From assembly GCA_964577615.1 (NCBI GenBank), contig CAZNZW010000002.1, positions 24,333 through 88,332 on the forward strand: a stretch of DNA of 64,000 bases, in the 5' to 3' direction. The stretch comes from an uncultured Desulfobacterales bacterium. GTDB lineage: Bacteria; Desulfobacterota; Desulfobacteria; Desulfobacterales; QNYZ01. The position numbers were made by a program, and so were the translations under genes. The notes beneath the pieces were generated by a model. It was not told the origin of the DNA and ran no database searches. It saw nothing but the letters and a program-made list of their open reading frames with translations. The stretch's first letter is position 1. Each line of letters starts with the position of its first letter. Positions 39,572 to 49,176 of the stretch are shown piece by piece.

Positions 39572-42565
39572 ATGACACTTCCAGATGGTAAAGCCGCCGA
39601 TAATTTTGACCTCTCATTCAAGGTTTTTCATGAGTTGATGGCCAAAAAAGTCAGCAATATTCTACTGCTCTCCAGTCCGTACGATGCGTTTATTTTAGAA
39701 GAAGAAGGGCGCCTGGCCGAGCGGATTATCAAAGAATACCGTGGCCTGAATCTTTCCCGTCCCCCCCGGCTGACCTGGGTGTCTTCGGCCCGTGAAGCCT
39801 TTTCCCGGCTGGAGAAAAAGAATTTTGACTTTGTCATTACCACGCCCCGGGTGGATGGCATGGAACCCCATACCTTTGCCCGCAGGGCCAGGAAGAAGTA
39901 CCCGGAACTGCCCATCTTTCTTTTAAGCCACAATCATGCTGACATGATGATGGACCTTGAGGACGATACGCTCGACCTCTACGAACGCATCCTGTTCTGG
40001 AACGGTAACGCGGATCTGCTGCTGGCCCAGGTCAAAAACGTTGAAGACCGCTGGAACATCGCCCGGGATACCGAACTGGCCAGGGTCCGGGTGATTATCA
40101 TGGTGGAAGACTCGCCTTACTATTATTCGTCCGTTCTGCCGCTTTTATATAAAGAGATTGTCCTGCAGACCCAGGCGGTGATGGAAGACGCCCTCAACGA
40201 AGAGCACCGCCTGCTGCGGATGCGGGCCCGCCCGAAAATTTTAACCGCCGTCTCCTTTGAGGAAGCGGAAAACTTATATCGACAGTACAAGCCGTATCTG
40301 CTCGGTGTTTTGTCCGATGCGCGGTTTCCCAAGAACGGGGAAATCTGTCCCCGGGCCGGCATCGAGCTGTTGTCGATGATCAAAAAAGACTCGCCGGATG
40401 TGCAGCTGTTGATGTTCTCTTCGGAAGAAGAAAACCGGGAAAGAGCCGAAGCCATCCCGGCCATGTTTGTCAACAAGAGCAGTCCGGCCCTGCATACGCA
40501 TATCCGGTCATTTTTTGTCAAATATCTCGGTTTCGGCGAGTTTATCTTCCGCATGCCGGATGGCCGGGAAATTGCCCGGGCATCCAACCTGAGGGAAATG
40601 GAGAAGGCGCTGCCGTCCATTCCCGATGAATCCATGCTCTACCATGCCGAGCATAATCATTATTCCACCTGGCTGATGGCCCGGGCGGAAATCATGCTGG
40701 CCACCAAGCTGCGGCCTTATAAAATCGCCGATTTTTCCAGTATTTCCGATATCCGTAATTTTCTGGTGTCCTGCTTTCACGAACGGCGCAAAGGGCGTCA
40801 GCGCGGAATCATCACCGATTTTGATTCGGCGGATTACGATCCGGATATTGACTTTGTCAAAATCGGGCGGGGATCATTGGGCGGCAAGGCCCGGGGACTG
40901 GCGTTTCTGTCTCAGATTTTAAAGGAATCCGAGGTGCTGCAGGAAAAATTTCCAGGCGTCAATATCATGGTTCCGGAAACCATGGTCGTATCTACGGAAG
41001 GTTTTGACGCCTTCATGACCGAAAACCGTCTCGACGGGTTTACTTCGTCCGATCCCAGCGATGAAGAAGTCTGCCATATTTTTTTAAATGGCCGGTTCCC
41101 CGACTGGCTCTACCGTGATCTGCAGAAATATCTTGAATTCAATACCTTTCCCTTGGCCGTTCGGTCGTCGAGCCTGCTCGAAGATGCCTATTTTCATCCC
41201 TTTGCCGGTATCTACCGCACCTATATGCTGCCCAACAATGATCCATCGCTGGAGCGGCGCATCGAGCAGATGGTGAAGGCGATTACCTGTGTGTATGCAT
41301 CGACATTTTTAAAAGACTCCCGCTCATTTGCCCGCAACACGCTCCACCGCACCGAGGAAGAAAAGATGGCCATCGTTATTCAGCGGCTCATGGGCGAAGC
41401 CCGCGACGGGTATTTCTACCCGACCCTGTCCGGCGTGGTCAAATCGTTTAACTTCTATCCGGTGGCGCCGATGGCATCCGACGACGGTATCGCTCATGTT
41501 GCCATGGGGCTGGGCAAAACCGTGGTGGACGGTATGGATGTCTTGCGTTTCTGCCCGAAATACCCCGAGCTGCTGCCCCAGTTTTCCACGGTGGATGATA
41601 TCCTTAAAAACGCCCAGCGATATGCCTATGCGCTCAACATGAACCAGTTGCCCGAAGATTTTGTCCATACGGATGATGCCACCCTGGTGCGGATGGATAT
41701 TGATGATATTTCCGATCATCCCGCGGTGCGGTACCTGAGCAGCACCTACCTGCCCCAGGACAACCGCATCCGGGACGGCTGGCAGCCGGACGGCTATCCA
41801 GTCATGACGTTCGCCCGGATTTTGAAACATAACGATTTTCCGCTGCCGGACATTTTGACCGAAGTACTGAAGATAGGCCGCAAGGGGCTGGGCGAGCATG
41901 TTGAAATCGAGTTTTGCGCCCATATCTATCCGGAAAAGGACCGGAAACCGGACTTCAGCCTGATTCAGATCCGGCCCATGGCCGTGCGGTGGAAAAAAGA
42001 CGGCATCCACATCGGTAAAAAGGAAATCGACCGGGCGGTGATCCATTCGGGTCAGGCGCTGGGGCTGAGCCGGAAAGACCGGATCACCGATATTGTCTAC
42101 GTGAAGCCCGATGATTTTGACCCGAACAAAACAGTGGAGATGGCCAGTGAGATAGGTGCCTTTAATGCCAAGCTGGAACAGGCCGGGCGAAAGTATCTGC
42201 TCATTGGCCCGGGCCGCTGGGGATCGGCGGACCGGTGGCTGGGGATTCCGGTAACATGGCGGCATATTGCCGGTGTGGATACCATCATCGAGACCTCTGT
42301 CAAGAACCTGCACGCCGACCCGTCCCAGGGGTCGCATTTTTTCCACAATATCACTTCCCTGGGGATCGGATATATCACTGTCCGGCCGGAAGCAGGGGAT
42401 CAGATCGACTGGCAGTGGCTTGACCGCCTGCCTGTGGTCGAAGAGAAAGCCCATGCCCGCCACGTTTCACTCGACCGTCCCATGTGCCTGATGATCGACG
42501 GTCATAATGCCCGGGCGGTGCTGATGCCGGAAGACGAAAACACCGAAATGGAAAACGATGCCTAA
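39572..42565 (+). CDS. Receiver-domain(s) + PEP/pyruvate-binding (PPDK_N, ATP-grasp) domain protein of unknown function
   Basis: I prefer the ATG at 39572 (the track ORF starts at 39485). The first REC-like module 'VSNILLLSSPYD...FDFVITTPRVDGMEP' has Thr where the phospho-Asp is expected. The second, 'VRVIIMVEDSPYY...LLGVLSDARFPKNGE', keeps an Asp. The PPDK_N hallmark is 'IGRGSLGGKARGLAFL...LAVRSSSLLED'. I see no canonical GGxTSHAA phosphohistidine motif. Confidence 0.75.
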   Translation: MTLPDGKAADNFDLSFKVFHELMAKKVSNILLLSSPYDAFILEEEGRLAERIIKEYRGLNLSRPPRLTWVSSAREAFSRLEKKNFDFVITTPRVDGMEPHTFARRARKKYPELPIFLLSHNHADMMMDLEDDTLDLYERILFWNGNADLLLAQVKNVEDRWNIARDTELARVRVIIMVEDSPYYYSSVLPLLYKEIVLQTQAVMEDALNEEHRLLRMRARPKILTAVSFEEAENLYRQYKPYLLGVLSDARFPKNGEICPRAGIELLSMIKKDSPDVQLLMFSSEEENRERAEAIPAMFVNKSSPALHTHIRSFFVKYLGFGEFIFRMPDGREIARASNLREMEKALPSIPDESMLYHAEHNHYSTWLMARAEIMLATKLRPYKIADFSSISDIRNFLVSCFHERRKGRQRGIITDFDSADYDPDIDFVKIGRGSLGGKARGLAFLSQILKESEVLQEKFPGVNIMVPETMVVSTEGFDAFMTENRLDGFTSSDPSDEEVCHIFLNGRFPDWLYRDLQKYLEFNTFPLAVRSSSLLEDAYFHPFAGIYRTYMLPNNDPSLERRIEQMVKAITCVYASTFLKDSRSFARNTLHRTEEEKMAIVIQRLMGEARDGYFYPTLSGVVKSFNFYPVAPMASDDGIAHVAMGLGKTVVDGMDVLRFCPKYPELLPQFSTVDDILKNAQRYAYALNMNQLPEDFVHTDDATLVRMDIDDISDHPAVRYLSSTYLPQDNRIRDGWQPDGYPVMTFARILKHNDFPLPDILTEVLKIGRKGLGEHVEIEFCAHIYPEKDRKPDFSLIQIRPMAVRWKKDGIHIGKKEIDRAVIHSGQALGLSRKDRITDIVYVKPDDFDPNKTVEMASEIGAFNAKLEQAGRKYLLIGPGRWGSADRWLGIPVTWRHIAGVDTIIETSVKNLHADPSQGSHFFHNITSLGIGYITVRPEAGDQIDWQWLDRLPVVEEKAHARHVSLDRPMCLMIDGHNARAVLMPEDENTEMENDA

Positions 42566-43238
42566 GAACAACGATCTTTTTACCCGGCTGAAACAGAAGT
42601 ACCGTCGTCCGCTGACGCTGACGGGCCGAAATTACCGCACGGCCCGCCGGATGCTGATTGACACCGCCGATATTCTCAATGCCGGGAAAATCAACTACTT
42701 CCTCGACGCCGGTGGTCTCCTGGGTCTTATCCGCGACGGCGACCTGATTCCCTGGGATGATGACCTTGATCTTTCCATCCCGGTGACGGAACTGCCCAGG
42801 TTGAGGAAGCTGTACGGCCGGTTCAGAAAACGGGGCTGGCGGATCAAGGAAGATTCCTTCATGCCTGCCGACGGCCCCTGCTGGCACAAAGGCGATTCCC
42901 GGTCGGTCAAGGTCCGTAACTCCTATTTTTTATGCTTTGGGCGGGGGCGGATTGTCATGGATGTGACCCTGACGTATCGGCACGACGGATATTTCTGGCG
43001 GGGAGCCATGGGGAAAATATGGCGGATCCCGGCCGTCTACTTTGATCGGCACGACACGATCGAATACGCCGGCCGGCAGATCCGTATCCCCGATCAGGTG
43101 GAATCCTACCTGACATTTCTCTATGGCAACTGGCGGGTGCCCGATAAAAATCATGACCCGATCAAGAACGACGGGAGCCTGTATGGCGACCTGGATTTAC
43201 CGGGCGGTAATTCATCCCATCATGCGGGAACCCGATGA
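42558..43238 (+). CDS. LicD-family phosphotransferase (phosphocholine/phospho-alditol transferase family)
   Basis: 226 aa. 'INYFLDAGGLLGLIRDGDLIPWDDDLDLSI' is the LicD nucleotidyltransferase-fold motif. The start overlaps the upstream gene by 8 nt. Confidence 0.8.
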   Translation: MPKNNDLFTRLKQKYRRPLTLTGRNYRTARRMLIDTADILNAGKINYFLDAGGLLGLIRDGDLIPWDDDLDLSIPVTELPRLRKLYGRFRKRGWRIKEDSFMPADGPCWHKGDSRSVKVRNSYFLCFGRGRIVMDVTLTYRHDGYFWRGAMGKIWRIPAVYFDRHDTIEYAGRQIRIPDQVESYLTFLYGNWRVPDKNHDPIKNDGSLYGDLDLPGGNSSHHAGTR

Positions 43239-44311
43239 TTGTCTATTTTGACACCCTGCACCTCTACTACCTTACCCAGTATCTCCCCGTGTACCGGGAG
43301 CTGGCCCGCCGCCGGTTATCGGTGGTTTTTGTTTTTTATCGGAATCCGGCATCTGATGCAGCGGCCAGATATATTATTGACACCGAGGAACTGCCGGCCG
43401 TCTGGGTGGATACGCCCGAAGACGCGGCGGCGCTGTACCGGCGGAAGGGCCCCGACTGGGTCGTTTTCGGCAACGGATTTGCGCCGCTGGCGAAACTGGG
43501 CTCCCCAACCCGGACCGCCCAGCTTTACCACGGGATCGGAATGAAGAACGATGTTTACCAGCCGGGGCTGATGAAAATGGATATCCGTTTTACCGAGGGA
43601 CCGCACTATACGGATATCCTGGCCCGCCTTTTTCCCGGGCGTCCGATGTGCGAGGTCGGGTACGCGAAACTCGATCCGCTTTTCGGTCCGGCGGAAGACC
43701 GGCCGGCTGTTGATCTTGCCGGGGCGGGGCTGTCGTCCTCCCGGCCGACGCTGCTCTATGCGCCGACTTTCTATCCCAGTTCCATCGAGATGATGCCCGA
43801 CGACCTGCCGGCCCGTTTTGCCGGGTTCAACCTGATTGTCAAGCCGCACATGTTTACTTACAGTAAACCCCGCTACGAAAAACAGCGCCGGAAACTCGCC
43901 AGATGGGCCACGCATGCCAATTGCCTGCTGGTCGAAGCCGCCGCGTTCAACCTTCTGCCGTACATGAACACGGCGGACCTGATGATCAGTGATGCGTCTT
44001 CGGCGTTGTTTGAATTTGCCGCCTTGAACAAACCGGTGATCTGGTGCGATTTTTTAAAGCTTCGCTGGACATACCGGGGGCCTTTCCGGTATCGTTTCCG
44101 GCGACGCATGGATCAGCGGATAGACCGCTATTCCGATATCGGCCGGCATGCGCCGGATTTTGAGACGCTCGGGGCATGCGTCAGGCATCAGCTGCGGCAT
44201 CGCGGCCAGTTTGAAGCCAAACGCCGGGAATACACCGCCCGGCTGATCGGTGTGACGGACGGGCGCGTATCCGTGCGGATTGCCGATTATCTTGAAACCA
44301 CGGCACAATAG
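43235..44311 (+). CDS. CDP-glycerol glycerophosphotransferase (TagB/TagF) family protein
   Basis: 358 aa. 'RPTLLYAPTFYPSS' and 'ADLMISDASSALFEFAALNKPVIWCDF' match the Glyphos_transf motifs (LYAPTxR and ITDYSSxxFD...KPxI). It overlaps the LicD-like stop by 4 nt. Confidence 0.7.
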   Translation: MIVYFDTLHLYYLTQYLPVYRELARRRLSVVFVFYRNPASDAAARYIIDTEELPAVWVDTPEDAAALYRRKGPDWVVFGNGFAPLAKLGSPTRTAQLYHGIGMKNDVYQPGLMKMDIRFTEGPHYTDILARLFPGRPMCEVGYAKLDPLFGPAEDRPAVDLAGAGLSSSRPTLLYAPTFYPSSIEMMPDDLPARFAGFNLIVKPHMFTYSKPRYEKQRRKLARWATHANCLLVEAAAFNLLPYMNTADLMISDASSALFEFAALNKPVIWCDFLKLRWTYRGPFRYRFRRRMDQRIDRYSDIGRHAPDFETLGACVRHQLRHRGQFEAKRREYTARLIGVTDGRVSVRIADYLETTAQ

Positions 44312-44328
44312 CACGCAAAGGGGATGAA

Positions 44329-45138
44329 ATGAATCAGACCACGCCCCATCCAGACGAGCGGCAGCGTCTGTCTGTCATTATTGTCGCCCAGGATGAAGCG
44401 GACCGCATCGGTCGCTGTCTGGCGTCGGTGAAGCCCATTGCCGACGAAATAATTGTTCTCGACAGCGGCAGCAGCGACGAAACAGTGGCAGTGGCCCGGC
44501 AGTTTACATCGCAGGTGCACGAAACCGACTGGCCGGGATACGGGCCGCAGAAACAGCGCGCGCTGGCCATGGCCACCGGCGACTGGGTCCTGTCCATCGA
44601 TGCCGACGAGGCCTTGACCCCCGCGCTGCAGAAAGAAATCGGGAACCGGCTGCAGACACCGCCGCCGGAGATCGCCTATCGCCTGCCCTGGGCCGTTATT
44701 GTTTTCGGCAAACGCCTCGATCATGGCCGCAGCGCCCGGGCGCCGCTGCGGCTTTTTCGCCGCGAGGGCGCCCGCTTCAGCGACGACATGGTCCACGAAA
44801 AAGTCATTCTGCCGCCGGGTAAGATCGGCCGGCTGACAGGACGCCTGAACCATTTTACGCATCGGGATTTTGGCCATTATCTGGGTAAAAATGCGAAGTA
44901 TGCCTGGCTGGGCGCCCAGAAACGGTACCGGGCCGGAAAAAACGGCCAGGGCCTGACCGGTGCTGTTTTCCGGGCGCTCTGGGTGTTTATCCAGGTGTAT
45001 ATTATTCGCGGCGGTTTTTTAGACGGCCGGGTGGGGTTCCTGGTGGCCGTTATGTACAGTCAGGGGGCATTTAATAAATATGCCGGTCTCTGGACCCTGC
45101 GGCGCGGGGATCGGATGAAGAAACAGAATCGGCCATAA
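44329..45138 (+). CDS. Family 2 glycosyltransferase (LPS core WaaE/KdtX-like)
   Basis: 269 aa with 'LSVIIVAQDEADRIGRCLASVKPIADEIIVLDSGSSDET' and 'WVLSIDADE' (DxD). Confidence 0.8.
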   Translation: MNQTTPHPDERQRLSVIIVAQDEADRIGRCLASVKPIADEIIVLDSGSSDETVAVARQFTSQVHETDWPGYGPQKQRALAMATGDWVLSIDADEALTPALQKEIGNRLQTPPPEIAYRLPWAVIVFGKRLDHGRSARAPLRLFRREGARFSDDMVHEKVILPPGKIGRLTGRLNHFTHRDFGHYLGKNAKYAWLGAQKRYRAGKNGQGLTGAVFRALWVFIQVYIIRGGFLDGRVGFLVAVMYSQGAFNKYAGLWTLRRGDRMKKQNRP

Positions 45139-45182
45139 CCCGGCTGCCGATCCGGCGGCCAACAGGACTCTCAAACCGGACC

Positions 45183-46244
45183 ATGCGATCGTATCTTCTC
45201 TTTGCGACCCAGTTATATGCTTTTGCGATTCTGCGACCGATTCAGGCGGCTATCCGGCAGCGGGGGGACCGGGCCGCCTGGTTTGTGTCTGATACCTTGA
45301 AATCGTATCTCCGGGCCGACGAAACGCTGCTGAAGACAATCGCCGCCGTTGAAAAATATCACCCTGCGGCCGTTTTTGTGGCCGGAAATGTGGTGCCCGA
45401 TTTTTTTCCCGGGATCAAGGTGGAAGTCTTTCACGGGTTCCACGTCTGGAAACGGGACCCGGCGCGGGGGCATTTCCGGTTGCGGGGATTTTTTGACCTG
45501 TACTGCACCCAGGGGCCGGATACGACCCGGCATTTTGAGGAACTGGCGAAAAAACACGGTTACTTCCGGGTTGTCGAGACCGGCTGGCCCAAAATGGATC
45601 CCCTTTTCAGCCCGGAGATTTTTGGTCAGGATGTCGTTTCCACTCCAGCCGTCGACCGATCCGATCCCCGGCCGGTTATCCTCTTGGCGTCGACCTTTAC
45701 CCCCCGGCTCAGCTGCGCCCGGCCCCTGCGGGAAACGGTGGCCGCCCTGGCCGCCACCGGAAAATGGCGCTGGATCGTGAATTTTCATCCCAAGATGGAT
45801 CGGTCTGTGGTGGCCGATTATCAGTCGATCCAGACGGATGATCTCAGCTATGTCGAGACCGATGATATCGTTCCTCTGCTTCGTCAGGCGGATCTCATCG
45901 TCGCGGATACCTCCTCAATCGTCTCCGAATTCTGTCTGCAGCAGAAGCCGGCCGTCACGTTCCGAAACCGCCGGCCCGGCGCGCATCTGATCGATATTTC
46001 CGATCCGGATGCGCTGGCGCCGGCCATTGAAACGGCCCTGTCCCGGCCGCCGGCACTGATGACGGCCATCCGGGAGTACGCCCGGCGGATTCATCCCTGC
46101 CGGGACGGGCAGTCCAGTGTCCGGGTACTGGCGGCCGTGGATCAATGGATGGCGGCCGGGCGCCGGGGGCTGGCGCGTAAACCGCTCAACCTGGTGCGCC
46201 GCCTGAAAATCAGAAAAGAGATGGGATATTACCGCTGGAGATAG
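45183..46244 (+). CDS. Second CDP-glycerol glycerophosphotransferase (TagB/TagF)-like protein
   Basis: 353 aa. 'PVILLASTFTPRLS' and 'ADLIVADTSSIVSEFCLQQKPAVTF' sit in the same relative positions as in the 43235 gene. It is more divergent. Confidence 0.55.
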   Translation: MRSYLLFATQLYAFAILRPIQAAIRQRGDRAAWFVSDTLKSYLRADETLLKTIAAVEKYHPAAVFVAGNVVPDFFPGIKVEVFHGFHVWKRDPARGHFRLRGFFDLYCTQGPDTTRHFEELAKKHGYFRVVETGWPKMDPLFSPEIFGQDVVSTPAVDRSDPRPVILLASTFTPRLSCARPLRETVAALAATGKWRWIVNFHPKMDRSVVADYQSIQTDDLSYVETDDIVPLLRQADLIVADTSSIVSEFCLQQKPAVTFRNRRPGAHLIDISDPDALAPAIETALSRPPALMTAIREYARRIHPCRDGQSSVRVLAAVDQWMAAGRRGLARKPLNLVRRLKIRKEMGYYRWR

Positions 46245-46292
46245 GCGGACCGGTGTGGTTTCGCGCCGGTTGCTTTCAGCCGGGTTCTGTTT

Positions 46293-47033
46293 TCAATCTG
46301 AATCTTCTTCCTGTCTGAGCCGGGGATAGATTATTTCCCGGGCCCGCGTCAGGTGGGAGACCATATCGATTTCCGTCCAGATCAGGTCGTCTATTTTATC
46401 CACCCGGACGGGGTCCTGCCGGGAAATCGTGGTCAATGCGGTTTCGTAATCGATCTGCCGGGCCAGGGGGATGTCCGCCGCGTAGAGGCGGCAGATCCGG
46501 GTAAATGTACCAAGGGACAACCGGGTGATGCCGGCCAGTTCGCCGAATACCTGTCCGAGAGCCGATCTGTCTTTGGACATCTTCACCAGCACGCCGTCCG
46601 TATCGGTTTCGATATACACTTCATCCCGCGAATCGGTACGGCCGCTGGCCAGAACCACATTCCGGCCGTCAGTCTGCTGGAGGTGCTCAATCGCCCGTTT
46701 TTCATAAAGGAGATCGGATTCCAGAAGAAGAAAATCCGTGGTGATCAGGTCCCGCAGGTTGAAAAGCGTATAAAAACTGTTGGTCTGATCGTAGATCGGA
46801 TTTTTTCTCAGGATGATGCGGGCATCCCGGGCGGCAAGGGCTTCATAATAACCGGCCTCGTATCCGGTCCCGATGATGAAACGCTGAATGCCGTTTTCCG
46901 ACAGAATGCGGATCGATCGTTCGATGAGCGTGACTCCGCCGATTTGAATAAATCCCTTGGGATGGCTGTCGAGATGTTCATTGATGCGCAGGCCCAGGCC
47001 GGCGGCCATGATGACGGCGGTGTTGAGTTGCAT
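46293..47033 (-). CDS. Nucleotidyltransferase (LicC / phospho-alcohol cytidylyltransferase-like)
   Basis: The start is taken at MQLNTAVIMAAG (ATG 47033). 'AVIMAAGLGLRI...PKGFIQIGGVTLIERSI' is the G-x-G-x-R sugar/phospho-alcohol nucleotidyltransferase motif. 'IIGTGY' is also present. Confidence 0.7.
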   Translation of the reverse strand: MQLNTAVIMAAGLGLRINEHLDSHPKGFIQIGGVTLIERSIRILSENGIQRFIIGTGYEAGYYEALAARDARIILRKNPIYDQTNSFYTLFNLRDLITTDFLLLESDLLYEKRAIEHLQQTDGRNVVLASGRTDSRDEVYIETDTDGVLVKMSKDRSALGQVFGELAGITRLSLGTFTRICRLYAADIPLARQIDYETALTTISRQDPVRVDKIDDLIWTEIDMVSHLTRAREIIYPRLRQEEDSD

Positions 47034-47089
47034 GTTTTTTCCCGTTTGATGACGTTTATTTCTGGCTGTCCATACCATGTCAATGGGGG

Positions 47090-47119
47090 TTGCTCAATAT
47101 CGATTTATTTTGCTATCAT
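47090..47119 (+). promoter_or_regulatory. Possible sigma-70-type promoter
   Basis: TTGCTC-N18-TATCAT in the divergent spacer upstream of the sulfatase-family gene. Confidence 0.35.
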
Positions 47120-47258
47120 CGCCCGGCATCGGAAAGGATTTGATGGCGCCGATATAGACACCGGGCCGGGAATGTTTCTTTTGGCATAAAGAGTGGATGG
47201 ATCCGGAAAACAACCGGCGGAGATTATTTTTCGGCAGACGGGATTGAAGACAATAGAT

Positions 47259-49154
47259 ATGAACGGACACAGACGCTTTGGCCCCCGGATGGCGGCCCGC
47301 GGCAGGCTGTTGCGCTGGGCCGGCGGGTTCACGGTATTCAACGCCCTTGTACTGATGGCGGTCATCAGCCGGTATTTTCGCTTTGCCGGATCGATCGGCG
47401 GTGCGCTGCCCCTGTTTTACGCGGCAACCATTCTCATCGGGCACGCATTTTTTCTGGCCGGCGGGATCGGGCTGGCGATCCTTGTGCCGGTTATTCTGAT
47501 CTGGCCCAATCGGTTTTTTGTCTGGGGCATCGGGGTGTCAGCGGCCCTGGCCGGGATTGCCGGTCTGATGCTTGATTTTGTGGTGTATTCCCAGTATCGC
47601 GTTCATTTGAATAAAGTCATGCTTGACCTGATCATCAGCGGCGGACGGGATGTTTTTGATCTTGCCTGGCAGAACTATCTGATGGCCTTTGTGGCTGTGG
47701 CGGGTATTCTGGCTGTTGAAACTGTGGCGGCCTGGCTTTTATGGCGAACGATTGTTGAACGGTCGCGTCGCCTCAAAGGGATTGCCATTGGCCTTATAGT
47801 CGGTATCTTTTTCCTGTCCGCCGGCCATGGGATCCATGCCTGGGCGGATGCCACCTGTTATCGTCCCGTCACCGCCATGGACCGCCATTTTCCCCTTTAC
47901 TATCCACTGACAGCCAAACGGGTATTGCAGAAATACGGTCTGGTCGACCTGACCCGCAATCGGGTCCGGCGCCAGTTAAAAATCCATGCTGTCGCCGGAA
48001 AAACCATCCGGTATCCGCTCAGTCCACTGACCTTTGCCCCTGTTGATAAACAATTAAATGTGCTGGTGATCGCCATTGATTCCTGGCGGTTTGACATGCT
48101 GACCCCGATGGTAACCCCGCACATTTACCGCTTTATTACCCGGCACCCGGCCTGGCGGTTCAACAACCATTTGAGCGGTGGCAACGGAACCCGGATCGGT
48201 ATTTTTTCGCTTTTTTACGGTTTGTCCGGTGTGCATTGGAACGCCATGGCCAATGAGCAGACCGGGCCGGTCCTGATCCGTGAGTTTTTGAAGCGGAAGT
48301 ACCAGATGGGCATATTCGCCAGCGCCAAACTGACCACCCCGCCGTTCAACCGGACGGTGTTTAACGACATTGAAAACCTGCGGTCATTTTCCAGGGGGAC
48401 CGGCGCCTGGGGGCGGGATCTGAATGCGCTGGCCGACTGGTCGCGCTGGATCAGGGCGCGCGATCCAGCGCGGCCTTTTTTTGGATTTCTTTTCTTTGAT
48501 TCGGCCCATGCCTATACGTTTCCACCGGATTACCCCCGGATTTTCAAGCCGGTCTGGGATGAGGTCAACTATCTGTCCCTGGGACCTGATTTTGATCCGC
48601 TGCCTTTTCTCAACCGATACAAGGTGGCGGTTCATTTTATCGATTCGCTGGTCGGGCAGGTATTGTCGGACCTCACGCAATCCGGTCTGCTGGAGAATAC
48701 GATAATCATTTTTACCGGCGATCACGGGCAGGAGTTCAACGATAACAAACGCAATTTCTGGGGACACGGCGGCAATTATACAGACTACCAGATCAAGGTT
48801 CCTCTGGCCGTTTACTGGCCGGGACGCGGTAAAATCACTGTGGATTATCCCACCAGTCATCTGGATATCGTTCCGACCCTGATGCGGGATGTCTTCGGAT
48901 GCCGCAATCCCATTCCCGACTACAGCGACGGCCACCATCTGCTGACACCCGGCGGCCGCGACTGGCTCGTTGTGGGCGGGTATTTCAACTATGCGATTCG
49001 GGAGCGCGACCGGATCACCATGTCGTATGCCACCGGAAACTACGAAATCTTCGATCTGACCAATGGCGTGCTTAAAAACGCCAAGCTGCATTACAAAGTG
49101 GTTAAGCAGGTCATGGATCAGGCCGCCCGGTTTTATCGGGGGCCGTCATCCTGA
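47259..49154 (+). CDS. Membrane-anchored sulfatase/alkaline-phosphatase-superfamily protein (DUF3413/YejM-PbgA- or phosphoglycerol/phosphoethanolamine-transferase-like)
   Basis: The N-terminus has ~5 TM helices ('LLRWAGGFTVFNALVLMAVISRYFRF', as in YejM). The periplasmic sulfatase domain has 'NVLVIAIDSWRFDML', 'FFDSAHAY' and 'IIIFTGDHGQEF'. The start is uncertain (GTG 47193, ATG 47259 or ATG 47289). Confidence 0.75.
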   Translation: MNGHRRFGPRMAARGRLLRWAGGFTVFNALVLMAVISRYFRFAGSIGGALPLFYAATILIGHAFFLAGGIGLAILVPVILIWPNRFFVWGIGVSAALAGIAGLMLDFVVYSQYRVHLNKVMLDLIISGGRDVFDLAWQNYLMAFVAVAGILAVETVAAWLLWRTIVERSRRLKGIAIGLIVGIFFLSAGHGIHAWADATCYRPVTAMDRHFPLYYPLTAKRVLQKYGLVDLTRNRVRRQLKIHAVAGKTIRYPLSPLTFAPVDKQLNVLVIAIDSWRFDMLTPMVTPHIYRFITRHPAWRFNNHLSGGNGTRIGIFSLFYGLSGVHWNAMANEQTGPVLIREFLKRKYQMGIFASAKLTTPPFNRTVFNDIENLRSFSRGTGAWGRDLNALADWSRWIRARDPARPFFGFLFFDSAHAYTFPPDYPRIFKPVWDEVNYLSLGPDFDPLPFLNRYKVAVHFIDSLVGQVLSDLTQSGLLENTIIIFTGDHGQEFNDNKRNFWGHGGNYTDYQIKVPLAVYWPGRGKITVDYPTSHLDIVPTLMRDVFGCRNPIPDYSDGHHLLTPGGRDWLVVGGYFNYAIRERDRITMSYATGNYEIFDLTNGVLKNAKLHYKVVKQVMDQAARFYRGPSS

Positions 49155-49176
49155 TGGAAAGGGAAAGACCACTCGC

